64,000 nucleotides of DNA from NCBI GenBank assembly GCA_002269645.1, contig NIVC01000089.1, positions 868,001 to 932,000 on the forward strand, in the 5' to 3' direction. Each line of letters opens with the position of its first letter. Within the stretch, counting starts at the first letter, position 1. The notes below the pieces were generated by a model. It saw only the letters and a list, made by a program, of their open reading frames with translations, did no database searches and was not told where the DNA came from. This document shows positions 50,401 through 64,000 of this stretch, in pieces. The DNA is from Macrostomum lignano. Taxonomy: Eukaryota. The translations under genes and the position numbers were made by a program.

Positions 50401-53400
50401 GAGTCTGTGATGATTGCTGATGAGTCTGTGTGATGATTGCTGATGAGTCTGTGGATGATTGCTGATGAGTCTGTGATGATTGCTGATGAGTCTGTGATGA
50501 TTGCTGATGAGTCTGTGTGATGATTGCTGATGAGTCTGTGATGATTGCTGATGAGTCTGTGATGATTGCTGATGAGTCTGTGATGATTGCTGATGAGTCT
50601 GTGATGATTGCTGATGAGTCTGTGATGATTGCTGATGAGTCTGTGATGATTGCTGATGAGTCTGTGTGATGATTGCTGATGAGTCTGTGTGATGATTGCT
50701 GATGAGTCTGTGATGATTGCTGATGAGTCTGTGTGATGATTGCTGATGAGTCTGTGATGATTGCTGATGAGTCTGTGATGATTGCTGATGAGTCTGTGTG
50801 ATGATTGCTGATGAGTCTGTGATGATTGCTGATGAGTCTGTGATGATTGCTGATGAGTCTGTGTGATGATTGCTGATGAGTCTGTGATGATTGCTGATGA
50901 GTCTGTGTGATGATTGCTGATGAGTCTGTGTGATGATTGCTGATGAGTCTGTGTGATGATTGCTGATGAGTCTGTGATGATTGCTGATGAGTCTGTGTGA
51001 TGATTGCTGATGAGTCTGTGTGATGATTGCTGATGAGTCTGTGATGATTGCTGATGAGTCTGTGTGATGATTGCTGATGATGAGTCTGTGTGATGATTGC
51101 TGATGAGTCTGTGATGATTGCTGATGAGTCTGTGTGATGATTGCTGATGAGTCTGTGTGATGATTGCTGATGAGTCTGTGATGATTGCTGATGAGTCTGT
51201 GATGATTGCTGATGAGTCTGTGTGATGATTGCTGATGAGTCTGTGTGATGATTGCTGATGAGTCTGTGATGATTGCTGATGAGTCTGTGTGATGATTGCT
51301 GATGAGTCTGTGATGATTGCTGATGAGTCTGTGATGATTGCTGATGAGTCTGTGTGATGATTGCTGATGAGTCTGTGATGATTGCTGATGAGTCTGTGAT
51401 GATTGCTGATGAGTCTGTGATGATTGCTGATGAGTCTGTGATGATTGCTGATGAGTCTGTGATGATTGCTGATGAGTCTGTGATGATTGCTGATGAGTCT
51501 GTGATGATTGCTGATGAGTCTGTGATGATTGCTGATGAGTCTGTGATGATTGCTGATGATCTGTGTGATGATTGCTGATGAGTCTGTGATGATTGCTGAT
51601 GATGTCTGTGTGATGATTGCTGATGAGTCTGTGATGATTGCTGATGAGTCTGTGATGATTGCTGATGAGTCTGTGGATGATTGCTGATGAGTCTGTGATG
51701 ATTGCTGATGAGTCTGTGATGATTGCTGATGAGTCTGTGTGATGATTGCTGATGAGTCTGTGTGATGATTGCTGATGATGAGTCTGTGTGATGATTGCTG
51801 ATGATGAGTCTGTGTGATGATTGCTGATGATGAGTCTGTGTGATGATTGCTGATGATGAGTCTGTGTGATGATTGCTGATGAGTCTGTGATGATTGCTGA
51901 TGAGTCTGTGATGATTGCTGATGAGTCTGTGTGATGATTGCTGATGAGTCTGTGATGATTGCTGATGAGTCTGTGATGATTGCTGATGAGTCTGTGTGAT
52001 GATTGCTGATGAGTCTGTGTAATGATTGCTGATGAGTCTGTGATGATTGCTGATGAGTCTGTGTGATGATTGCTGATGAGTCTGTGATGATTGCTGATGA
52101 GTCTGTGATGATTGCTGATGAGTCTGTGATGATTGCTGATGAGTCTGTGATGATTGCTGATGAGTCTGTGATGATTGCTGATGAGTCTGTGATGATTGCT
52201 GATGAGTCTGTGTGATGATTGCTGATGAGTCTGTGATGATTGCTGATGAGTCTGTGATGATTGCTGATGAGTCTGTGTGATGATTGCTGATGAGTCTGTG
52301 TGATGATTGCTGATGAGTCTGTGTGATGATTGCTGATGAGTCTGTGATGATTGCTGATGAGTCTGTGTGATGATTGCTGATGAGTCTGTGATGATTGCTG
52401 ATGAGTCTGTGATGATTGCTGATGAGTCTGTGTGATGATTGCTGATGAGTCTGTGATGATTGCTGATGAGTCTGTGTGATGATTGCTGATGAGTCTGTGA
52501 TGATTGCTGATGAGTCTGTGATGATTGCTGATGAGTCTGTGATGATTGCTGATGAGTCTGTGATGATTGCTGATGAGTCTGTGATGATTGCTGATGAGTC
52601 TGTGATGATTGCTGATGAGTCTGTGTGATGATTGCTGATGAGTCTGTGTGATGATTGCTGATGAGTCTGTGATGATTGCTGATGAGTCTGTGTGATGATT
52701 GCTGATGAGTCTGTGGATGATTGCTGATGAGTCTGTGATGATTGCTGATGAGTCTGTGATGATTGCTGATGAGTCTGTGATGATTGCTGATGAGTCTGTG
52801 ATGATTGCTGATGAGTCTGTGATGATTGCTGATGAGTCTGTGATGATTGCTGATGAGTCTGTGATGATTGCTGATGAGTCTGTGTGATGATTGCTGATGA
52901 GTCTGTGATGATTGCTGATGAGTCTGTGTGATGATTGCTGATGAGTCTGTGATGATTGCTGATGAGTCTGTGTGATGATTGCTGATGAGAGTCTGTGTGA
53001 TGATTGCTGATGAGTCTGTGATGATTGCTGATGAGTCTGTGTGATGATTGCTGATGAGTCTGTGTGATTGCTGATGAGTCTGTGATGATTGCTGATGAGT
53101 CTGTGATGATTGCTGATGAGTCTGTGTGATGATTGCTGATGAGTCTGTGATGATTGCTGATGAGAGTCTGTGTGATGATTGCTGATGAGTCTGTGTGATG
53201 ATTGCTGATGAGTCTGTGATGATTGCTGATGAGTCTGTGTGATGATTGCTGATGAGTCTGTGATGATTGCTGATGAGTCTGTGATGATTGCTGATGAGTC
53301 TGTGATGATTGCTGATGAGTCTGTGTGATGATTGCTGATGAGTCTGTGTGATGATTGCTGATGAGTCTGTGATGATTGCTGATGAGTCTGTGTGATGATT

Positions 53401-55380
53401 GCTGATGAGTCTGTGATGATTGCTGATGATGAGTCTGTGTGATGATTGCTGATGAGAGTCTGTGTGATGATTGCTGATGAGTCTGTGATGATTGCTGATG
53501 AGTCTGTGTGATGATTGCTGATGAGTCTGTGGGATTGCTGATGAGTCTGTGATGATTGCTGATGAGTCTGTCATGAATGCTGATGAGTCTGTGTGATGAT
53601 TGCTGATGAGTCTGTGATGATTGCTGATGAGTCTGTGTGATGATTGCTGATGATGAGTCTGTGTGATGATTGCTGATGATGAGTCTGTGTGATGATTGCT
53701 GATGATGAGTCTGTGTGATGATTGCTGATGAGTCTGTGATGATTGCTGATGAGTCTGTGTGATGATTGCTGATGAGTCTGTGATGATTGCTGATGAGTCT
53801 GTGTAATGATTGCTGATGAGTCTGTGTGATGATTGCTGATGAGTCTGTGGAATCACTGTGGGATGATTCCTGATGAGTCTGTGAGTCTGTGTGATGATTG
53901 CTGATGAGTCTGTGTAATGATTGCTGATGAGTCTGTGATGATTGCTGATGAGTCTGTGATGATTGCTGATGAGTCTGTGATGATTGCTGATGAGTCTGTG
54001 ATGATTGCTGATGATGAGTCTGTGTGATGATTGCTGATGAGTCTGTGTGATGATTGCTGATGAGTCTGTGGGAGGATTGCTGATGAGTCTGTGATGATTG
54101 CTGATGAGTCTGTCATGAATGCTGATGAGTCTGTGTGATGATTGCTGATGAGTCTGTGATGATTGCTGATGAGTCTGTGTGATGATTGCTGATGAGTCTG
54201 TGATGATTGCTGATGAGTCTGTCATGAATGCTGATGAGTCTGTGTGATGATTGCTGATGAGTCTGTGATGATTGCTGATGAGTCTGTGTGATGATTGCTG
54301 ATGAGTCTGTGATGATTGCTGATGAGTCTGTGATGATTGCTGATGATGAGTCTGTGTGATGATTGCTGATGAGTCTGTGTGATGATTGCTGATGAGTCTG
54401 TGATGATTGCTGATGAGTCTGTGTGATGATTGCTGATGAGTCTGTGGGAGGATTGCTGATGAGTCTGTGATGATTGCTGATGAGTCTGTGATGATTGCTG
54501 ATGAGTCTGTGTGATGATTGCTGATGAGTCTGTGTTGATTGCTGATGAGTCTGTGTGATGATTGCTGATGATGAGTCTGTGTGATGATTGCTGATGAGTC
54601 TGTGTGATGATTGCTGATGAGTCTGTGTGATGATTGCTGATGAGTCTGTGTAATGATTGCTGATGAGTCTGTGTGATGATTGCTGATGAGTCTGTGTAAT
54701 GATTGCTGATGAGTCTGTGTGATGATTGCTGATGAGTCTGTGTGATGATTGCTGATGAGTCTGTGGAATGATTGCTGATGAGTCTGTGTAATGATTGCTG
54801 ATGAGTCTGTGTAATGATTGCTGATGAGTCTGTGTGATGATTGCTGATGAGTCTGTGTGATGATTGCTGATGAGTCTGTGTAATGATTGCTGATGAGTCT
54901 GTGTGATGATTGCTGATGAGTCTGTGTGATGATTGCTGATGAGTCTGTGGAATCACTGTGGGATGATTCCTGATGAGTCTGTGAGTCTGTGTGATGATTG
55001 CTGATGAGTCTGTGTGATGATTGCTGATGAGTCTGTGTAATGATTGCTGATGAGTCTGTGATGATTGCTGATTAGTCTGTGAGTCTGTGTGATGATTGCT
55101 GATGAGTCTGTCATGAATGCTGATGAGTCTGTGATGATTGCTGATTAGTCTGTGATGATTGCTGATGAGTCTGTGATGATTGCTGATGAGTCTGTGATGA
55201 TTGCTGATGAGTCTGTGATGATTGCTGATGAGTCTGTGTGATGATTGCTGATGAGTCTGTGATGATTGCTGATGAGTCTGTGTGATGATTGCTGATGATG
55301 AGTCTGTGATGATTGCTGATGAGTCTGTGTGATGATTGCTGATGATGAGTCTGGCTGATGATTCCTGATGATGAGTATGT
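41430..55380. repeat. ~14 kb satellite, 21-bp unit gatgattgctgatgagtctgt with 23/24-bp variants, ~640 copies
   Basis: Read directly; contains an 801-bp higher-order duplication. Confidence 0.99.
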
Positions 55381-55879
55381 ATGATGATTCCTAATATACT
55401 AGTACTATTGAAATAAAAGTATAAAGGCTGCCAAAGTACAATCCAAAAACTGGTATGTACTTCCAAAAGCAACACACGGTAAACGCTTATTAAAGAAAAA
55501 CAAAGAATATAAATTTTTACAAATTTGCGTGTAGTAATTAGTTGGAAACTGTATGTTACAAATTGGAGAACTGGCTGAGAAAATATCTTACAACAGATGT
55601 CAATCGTAGAGATGCCAACAAAGCTTTATGGGCTGCAAATACAAGTAAGATCATTAACTAGCGCTGAAGCTCAATCAAGGTCATAGAATCATGCCAGACA
55701 ATCACACTGTAACACACACATGTAAAATGAATTCACTGGGAACATACTACTTACAATAGTGGAAAAGCGCGTTTTATACAAATTAATTTTTTGTTCCAAG
55801 CAGTACCACAGAAGGTAATGGAGTTGGAGAGCGATGCTTAATGGTAAATGGTAATGGGGAATTTGAAATAGAAATTGGG

Positions 55880-56265
55880 GAATCCCAAATTATAACTGGG
55901 AAATCTCAAATGGTAATAGGGAAATCCCAAATGACAATTAGGGAATCCCAAATCCAATGATAAATGGTGAACCCTAAATGGTAATAAGGGAATCCCAAAT
56001 GATAACTGGGAATCCCAAATGATAAATGGTGAACCCTAAATGGTAATAGTGGAATCCCAAATGGTAATAGTGAAATCCCAAATGGTAACAGTAGAATCCC
56101 AAATGGTAATACTGGAATCCCAAATGGTAATAGTGAGATCCCAAATGGTAATAGTGGAATCCCAAATGGTAATAGTGAGATCCCAAATGGTAATAGGGGA
56201 ATCCCAAATAGTAATAGGGGAATCCCAAATGATAACTGGGGAATCGAAAACGGTAATTGGGGAAT
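55880..56265. repeat. ~21-bp minisatellite ggaatcccaaatggtaatagt
   Basis: Read directly. Confidence 0.9.
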
Positions 56266-56471
56266 ACTAAATGGTGAATGAGGAATTCTAAATTTTTATT
56301 GGGCATTGTCATTATTATTTAGATCAATTAACTAAATTTTATAACAGAAACTGTCAGCTCTCAAACAATAAACTCTAAAAAGGTCAGCACCTATCAGGAA
56401 TGGGAGCCGTATTTGTTCAGACTGTTTGAAAGTTACCTATTTGCCTAGACGGGATCCCTATATGCAACCAG

Positions 56472-59400
56472 TCACTTGAGCTCCGCAGCCTCATCATCAT
56501 CATCATCGTCTCGAAGAATTTCGCTCAGCTCCTCGGACGATTCAGACTTGGCCGCCTGAGCTGCGACCTCGTGGGTGTACAGCGGCCGGTACACGGCTAA
56601 GTCAACGCCATCGTCCTGGCGGTACACCTCGCTGTCCGTGCTGCTGCTCACTTCAACGGCAGCTTCATCTTCAAAGTCCTCCAAGTCGACGCCGCTGGCG
56701 CTGCTGTTGCTTCGGCGAGGGCGATGCTGCTGCTGATGGAGAGTTGCTGCCTCAGACGATGGAGGCACCGGCTGCTGCTGCTGAGGCCGCTGCACGGTCG
56801 CCGCTGCGGCCTGGGTTGCCTCATCAGGGTCGAACTGGTCAGAGTTATTCTGCTGCTGGTCCTCGTTGGGTATACTGATGGCCTGCTGGCACATGGGGCA
56901 GGTTTCGCGCACGTGCAGCCACCTGAGCGAAGGTGGAGGTTGGGTGAGGAAGGCCAAGAGATGAAACATTATCCTCTCAATTTGAGGATCTTTGAATTTC
57001 TCATCCCGATTTGAAAATCTATAGAGTTTTTCATCCAAATTTGAGGATCTGTGTGTTTCTCATCCCAATTTGAGGATTTGTGTAGTTTCTCATCCCAATT
57101 TGAGGATCTGTGTGTTTCTCATCCCAATTTGAGGATCTGTGTGTTTCTCATCCCAATTTGAGGATCTGTGTGTTTCTCATTCCGATTTGAGGATCTGTGT
57201 ACTTTCTCATCCCAATTTGAGGATCTGTGTAGTTTCTCATCCCAATTTGAGGATTTGTGTAGTTTCTCATCCCAATTTGAGGATTTGTGTAGTTTCTCAT
57301 CCCAATTTGAGGATATGTGATTTTCTCATCCCAATTAAAGGATCTGTGATTTTCTCATCCCAATTTGAGGGTCTCTGTGTTTCTCATCCCAATTTGAGGA
57401 TCTGTGTGTTTCTCATCCCAATTTGAGGATCTGTGTGTTTCTCATCCCAATTTGAGGATCTGTGTGTTTCTCATCCCAATTTGAGGATCAGTGTGTTTCT
57501 CATCCCAATTTGAGAATCTGTGTAGTTTCTCATCCCAATTTGAGAATCTGTATAGTTTCTCATCCCAATTTGAGGATTTGTGTAGTTTCTCATCCCAATT
57601 GGAGGATTTGTGTGTTTCTCATCCCAATTTGAGGATCTGTGTGTTTCTCATCCCAATTTGAGGATCTGTGTGTTTCTCATCCAAATTTGAGGATTTGTGT
57701 AGTTTCTCATCCCAATTTGAGGATATGTGAGATTCTCATCCCAATTAAAGGATCTGTGATTTTCTCATCCCAATTTGAGGGTCTCTGTGTTTCTCATCCC
57801 AATTTGAGGATCTGTGTGTTTCTCATCCCAATTTGAGGATCTGTGAATTTCTCATCCCGTTTTGAGGAGCATCTTGAACTTCTGAACCCCATTTGAGGAT
57901 CTGTAAACTTCTGATCCCAATTTGAGGATCCGTGAACTTCTGATCCCAATTTGAGGATCCGTGAACTTCTGAACCCAATTTGAGGATCCGTAAACTTCTG
58001 ATCTCAATTTGAGGATCCGTAAACTTCTGATCCCAATTTGAGGATCCGTAAACTTCTGATCCCAATTTGAGAATCTGTAAACTTCTGATCCCAATTTGAG
58101 GATCCGTAAACTTCTGATCTCAATTTGAGGATCCGTAAACTTCTGATCTCAATTTGAGGATCCGTAAACTTCTGATCTCAATTTGAGGATCCGTAAACTT
58201 CTGATCTCAATTTGAGGATCCGTAAACTTCTGATCCCAATTTGAGAATCTGTAAACTTCTGATCCCAATTTGAGGATCCGTAAACTTCTGATCTCAATTT
58301 GAGGATCCGTAAACTTCTGATCTCAATTTGAGGATCCGTAAACTTCTGATCTCAATTTGAGGATCCGTAAACTTCTGATCTCAATTTGAGGATCCGTGAA
58401 CTTCTGATCCCAATTTGAGAATCTGTAAACTTCTGATCCCAATTTGAGGATCCGTGAACTTCTGATCTCAATTTGAGGATCCGTGAACTTCTGAACCCAA
58501 TTTGAGGATCCGTAAACTTCTGATCTCAATTTGAGGATCCGTAAACTTCTGATCCCAATTTGAGGATCCGTAAACTTCTGATCCCAATTTGAGAATCTGT
58601 AAACTTCTGATCCCAATTTGAGGATCCGTAAACTTCTGATCTCAATTTGAGGATCCGTAAACTTCTGATCTCAATTTGAGGATCCGTAAACTTCTGATCT
58701 CAATTTGAGGATCCGTAAACTTCTGATCTCAATTTGAGGATCCGTAAACTTCTGATCCCAATTTGAGAATCTGTAAACTTCTGATCCCAATTTGAGGATC
58801 CGTGAACTTCTGATCTCAATTTGAGGATCCGTAAACTTCTGATCCCAATTTGAGGATCTATGAACTTCTGATCCCAATTTGAGGATCTGTAAACTTCTGA
58901 TCCCAATTTGAGGATCCGTGAACTTCTGATCTCAATTTGAGGATCTGTAAACTTCTGATCCCAATTTGAGGATCTGTAAACTTCTGATCCCAATTTGAGG
59001 ATCCGTGAACTTCTGAACCCAATTTGAGGATCTGTAAACTTCTGATCCCAGTTTGAGGATCTGTAAACTTCTGATCCCAATTTGAGGATCCGTGAACTTC
59101 TGATCCCAATTTGAGGATCTGTAAACTTCTGATCCCAATTTAAGGATCCGTGAACTTCTGATCCCAATTTGAGAATCTGTAAACTTCTGATCCCAATTTG
59201 AGGATCCGTGAACTTCTGATCCCAATTTGAGGATCCGTGAACTTCTGAACCCAATTTGAGGATCCGTAAACTTCTGATCCCAATTTGAGGATCCGTAAAC
59301 TTCTGATCCCAATTTGAGGATCCGTGAACTTCTGATCCCAATTTGAGGATCCGTGAACTTCTGATCTCAATTTGAGGATCCGTGAACTTCTGATCCCAAT

Positions 59401-62400
59401 TTGAGGATCCGTGAACTTCTGATCCCAATTTGAGGATCCGTGAACTTCTGAACCCAATTTGAGGATCCGTAAACTTCTGATCCCAATTTGAGAATCTGTA
59501 AACTTCTGATCCCAATTTGAGGATCCGTGAACTTCTGATCCCAATTTGAGGATCCGTGAACTTCTGATCCCAATTTGAGGATCCGTGAACTTCTGATCCC
59601 AATTTGAGGATCCGTGAACTTCTGATCCCAATTTGAGGATCCGTAAACTTCTGATCCCAATTTGAGGATCCGTAAACTTCTGATCCCAATTTGAGGATCC
59701 GTGAACTTCTGATCCCAATTTGAGGATCCGTGAACTTCTGATCCCAATTTGAGGATCCGTGAACTTCTGATCCCAATTTGAGGATCCGTGAACTTCTGAT
59801 CCCAATTTGAGGATCCGTGAACTTCTGATCCCAATTTGAGGATCCGTAAACTTCTGATCCCAATTTGAGGATCCGTGAACTTCTGATCCCAATTTGAGGA
59901 TCCGTAAACTTCTGATCCCAATTTGAGGATCCGTAAACTTCTGATCCCAATTTGAGGATCTGTAAACTTCTGATCCCAATTTGAGGATCCGTAAACTTCT
60001 GATCCCAATTTGAGGATCCGTGTTGTTCATGCAAACAAATTCCGCACACCTTCGCAAGCACAGCGGATGAAAATAATGCTGGCAGACAGTCCGCTTAGCC
60101 CCGCTGAGCATGTCGCCGAAGCAGATGGCGCAGACATCGTTATGTTGACGCAGCTCCTCAGGTGTAGCATTGGGCAGCGAGCTCAGCCGCTTGGCCGCCA
60201 GGCGTCTCAGCAGGAACTTCCGCCAGCCGCTCTGCACTCGCTGCACAACGTTGAACCAGAAGTGCACAAGCAGGATGGCCAGGCTCAGGAAGCTCCAGTC
60301 GCGAGTGAAGAATTCCCTGACACCGAAGCAGACAATGACCAGGGCCACTAGCAGCTCCACTAGGCGAACGCTCGACTTCACGTAGAACACCAAGTCTTCG
60401 AAGCTCTCCTCGGTGGGACCGGACCGGAAGTGGTCGTACAGGAAGAGGCAGTACAGCACCAGACTGCCTGCCGCCTGAGGAGGACGGGATTGCAACTGTA
60501 GAATTGGGGATTTTCTGTTGGGAGTTGGGAGTTAAGCTTGACACTTTAGAGATTCTTGTCACGGTAACGTTTTCAACGGGGAATCGACAGAGTCCTATGC
60601 AGGTCAGCAAAAAGGAAGGAAGAGAATCATCTCTACATGAGGTGGGAGACGTGTTAATGAGGCAAAAGTAATTGAGCTTCACCTGCAGAGCGGTCAGCAG
60701 GCAGCTAAGCGCAATTATCAGCAGCCAGAAGTCCGGCCTGAACAGGCGCAGCAGCCAGACGGTGAGGTAGACAGGCGCGCACAGCAGCACTGCGATGACA
60801 GCCAGGGCCCGTGCGTGGCCACCATACGGCGCCGACTGTACAGCGGCGCCGAGGTGCAGCAGCCTCGGGCCGGCGATCTCGTGCACCGAGTCCAGCAGCG
60901 AGGACACCAGAATGAAGGCTACAACGGTGACTAGGCTGGCCCATTGCGGAGTTCGCATTGTGTGCGGCAGGTTGGTTTGCACCGCCACCAACAGGAAGGT
61001 GAAGCCCTCCGCCCAGCCGCGCTGAAGGCCTCCGGCAGCGTCGCCAGCGGCAGCCGCTGCCGCTTGATTGGCGAAGCCTCCGCCGCCACCGCCGCCGCCG
61101 CCATTGAGGAAAAGTTTAGTGCATAAAAGTACAAACCATGAGGCGTGAGACACGGTCACGCACAGGCCGAGTATGCACAGCGGGCTGGAGCAGCTGTCGG
61201 ACAGGGCGCCCAGCAGTACGATGTCCAAGCCTGTCGCGGACGAAGATGCCGCCATCCAGTGCTGAATGAGGCGAAGACTGAAGTTGGATAGCCAGAAGAG
61301 TAGCAGCTGTCGGGTCATGTTGTAGTCCTGGAGTGGCATAAGGCTGCGGTTCAATGCCTGCGATGGGGTCTGGGATTCTTCAGTGTTGGGATCTGGGATT
61401 CTTAGTGATGGGATCTGGGGATTCTTCAGTGTTGGGATCTGGGATTCTTAGTGATGGGATCTGGGGATTCTTCAATGTTGGGATCTGGGATTCTTCAGTG
61501 TTGGGATCTGGGATTCTTAGTGATGGGATCTGCGGATTCTTCAGTGTTGGGATCTGCGGATTCTTCAGTGTTGGGATCTGGGATTCTTAGTAATGGGATC
61601 TGGGGATTCTTCAATGTTGGGATCTGGGATTCTTCAGTGTTGGGATCTGGGATTCTTAGTGATGATCTGGGATTCTTTAGTGTTGGGATCTGGGATTCTT
61701 AGTGATGGGATCTGCGGATTCTTCAGTGTTGGGATCTGCGGATTCTTCAGTGTTGGGATCTGGGATTCTTAGTGATGGGATCTGCGGATTCTTCAGTGTT
61801 GGGATCTGCGGATTTTTCAGTGTTGGGATCTGGGATTCTTAGTGATGGGATCTGGGGATTCTTCAGTGTTGGGATCTGGGGATTCTTCAGTGTTGGGATC
61901 TGGGATTCTTAGTGATGGGATCTGGGGATTCTTCAATGTTGGGATCTGGGATTCTTCAGTGTTGGGATCTGGGATTCTTCAGTGTTGGGATCTGGGATTC
62001 TTAGTGATGATCTGGGATTCTTCAGTGTTGGGATCTGGGATTCTTAGTGATGGGATCTGCGGATTCTTCAGTGTTGGGATCTGCGATTCTTAGTGATGGG
62101 ATCTGCGGATTCTTCAGTGTTGGGATCTGGGATTCTTAGTGATGGGATCTGGGGATTCTTCAGTGTTGGGATCTGGGATTCTTAGTGATGGGATCTGGGG
62201 ATTCTTCAGTGTTGGGATCTGGGATTCTTCAGTGTTGGGATCTGCGGATTCTTCAGTGTTGGGATCTGGGATTCTTAGTGATGGGATCTGGGGATTCTTC
62301 AATGTTGGGATCTGGGATTCTTCAGTGTTGGGATCTGGGATTCTTCAGTGTTGGGATCTGGGATTCTTCAGTGTTGGGATCTGGGATTCTTCAGTGTTGG

Positions 62401-64000
62401 GATCTGGGGATTCTTAGTGATGGGATCTGGGGATTCTTCAATGTTGGGATCTGGGGATTCTTAGTGATGGGATCTGGGGATTCTTCAATGTTGGGATCTG
62501 GGATTCTTCAGTGTTGGGATCTGGGGATTCTTCAGTGTTGGGATCTGGGATTCTTAGTGATGGGATCTGGGGATTCTTCAGTGTTGGGATCTGGGATTCT
62601 TAGTGATGGGATCTGCGGATTCTTCAGTGTTGGGATCTGGGATTCTTAGTGATGGGATCTGGGGATTCTTCAGTGTTGGGATCTGGGATTCTTAGTGATG
62701 GGATCTGCGGATTCTTCAGTGTTGGGATCTGGGATTCTTAGTGATGGGATCTGAGATTTTTAGTGTTGGGATTTGGGATTTTTAATGTTGGGATTTGGGA
62801 TTTTCGTGTTGGGATCTGGTATTCTTTAGTGTTAATATCTGGGATTCTGAGTGTTGGGATCTGGGACTCTTATTGGTGGGATCTGGGATTTTTGATACTT
62901 AGTGTTGGGAGCTTTGGGAATGGGATTAAATTGCACCTTATAATAAGTCTCTAAGAAGCCCTCACCTGCCACAAATGCAGCGGCACAGCCACCCAGCCGT
63001 CAGCCCAGATCATGCGGCCCAGTCTGTCAAACAGAACGCGAAGATCGGCCACAGCGCCAGGCAGCAGGCGAAGGGCCAGCATGGCGGCCAGGGCTCGGGT
63101 CAGGGCGGCGGCGGCGTTGTGCCACTGCCACGGCTCGCCGACAGCGGCGTCATCGGAGCCGAGCAGCCAGAGCTGGCCGAGTTGGCCGAGTGCCGGCAGG
63201 CAGAAGGCTGCCAAACCCAGGCGGCCGAGGCCGCTCAGGCCCAGCAGGCGGCCAGCCAGAGCCGCCAGGGACAGCTGGCAGGTCACGTGACCGGCTGCGC
63301 CAGTAACCACCTGATTTGCGAAGTGATGCGATTATGAGAAATAGGATGAGAAAAGAGATGAAAACAGATGAGAGGGGTGAGAAGAGAGGGAGAGAAGATA
63401 AGAGAAAAGAGAAAAATCATTTTTAACTCATTTGAAATTCATTTGAAATGAAGGACATTCGAAACTCATTTGAAACTCATTTGAAACTCTTTCGAAACTC
63501 ATTTGAACTTCATTTGAAACTCGTTTGGAACTCATTTGAAACTCATTTGAAACTAATTCGAAACTCATTTGAAACTCTTTTAAAACTCATTTGAAACCCA
63601 TTTAAAACTCATTTGAAACTCATTTGAAACCCATTTAAAACTCATTTGAAACTCATTTGAAACTCATTTGAAACTCATTTGAAACCCATTTAAAACTCAA
63701 TTGAAACTCATTCGAAACTCATTTGAAACTCATTTAAAACCCATTTGCAATGGTCAGGGCCATTGTACACCCTGTGTGAGCGAGTGTATGAGTGCATGCC
63801 TGTGTACAGCATGTACTCAGGAGTCAAAGGAATTGACATGATTGGTTACCCCTCCTCTACATCAGGCTGCTCACCTTTATTTCAGCCATTATTAATGAAT
63901 TAAGTAGGGAGGAAAAGCATTGCTCACCTGCCAATAGTGATCTGGATCGGCGATGGCCAAACTGGGGCAGCAGTGAATGACATAAAGCTGCGACAGGCGA
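56472..64000 (-). CDS. RNF145: RING finger protein 145 (TRC8-family polytopic ER E3 ubiquitin ligase), 5' end outside window
   Basis: Exons >64000-63928, 63310-62966, 61357-60683, 60474-60050, 56922-56472 are phase-compatible. TRC8_N-type segments [47 protein letters not shown]2 NDVCAIC...[23 protein letters not shown] is split by the last intron. Acidic tail; minus-strand AATAAA at 56295-56300. Confidence 0.93.
56990..60020. repeat. Two abutting related satellites: ~28-30-bp ttctcatcccaatttgaggatctgtgtgt (56990-57850) and 29-bp gatcccaatttgaggatccgtaaacttct (57850-60020)
   Basis: Read directly; fill the last RNF145 intron. Confidence 0.97.
61368..62890. repeat. ~23-bp satellite gggattcttcagtgttgggatct and variants
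   Basis: Read directly; RNF145 intron 61358-62965. Confidence 0.96.
63425..63745. repeat. 11-bp minisatellite actcatttgaa
   Basis: Read directly; RNF145 intron 63311-63927. Confidence 0.93.

Noticed and set aside
45658-54225. 2855-aa ORF and the other very long minus-strand ORFs at 41081-55475
   Set aside because: The minus strand of the 21-bp unit (acagactcatcagcaatcatc) has no stop codon in any frame, and indel variants switch frame freely, so these are satellite artefacts.
57823-60061. ORFs with 29-aa [13 protein letters not shown] repeats fused to the RNF145 RING exon
   Set aside because: Read-through into the intronic 29-bp satellite; the real exon ends at the GT donor after 60050 and completes the RING at 56922.

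Overview
Eukaryotic (metazoan) genomic DNA with GC-rich exons, AT-rich spacers, GT-AG introns and roughly half the window in tandem repeats. The style fits a Macrostomum-like free-living flatworm (inference, not verified). I reconstructed four protein-coding genes by hand from splice sites and reading-frame phase: a 12-exon TTLL3/TTLL8-type tubulin monoglycylase (+, 4265-14508, with a possible alternative last exon at 16824-17068); an intronless neuronal-calcium-sensor-like EF-hand gene (+, 21419-21892); a 4-exon FIBP (-, 41383-36407); and the 3' five exons of RNF145 (-, >64000-56472). A tentative fifth small gene (-, 34799-32119) resembles PSMG4. Most large introns carry their own micro- or minisatellite, and a ~14 kb 21-bp satellite separates RNF145 from FIBP, so nearly all long ORFs in the supplied track are repeat artefacts. 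Mobile DNA comprises a tRNA-headed CORE-SINE, a TIR element with a 7-bp TSD (P/Galileo-like), a degenerate Penelope-type hammerhead motif and three diverged copies of an unidentified decayed coding element. The most interesting leads are a possible trans-spliced minus-strand gene cluster, a 77-bp hairpin array next to a Pol III B-box, and inverted intronic repeats around the TTLL3 catalytic exons.
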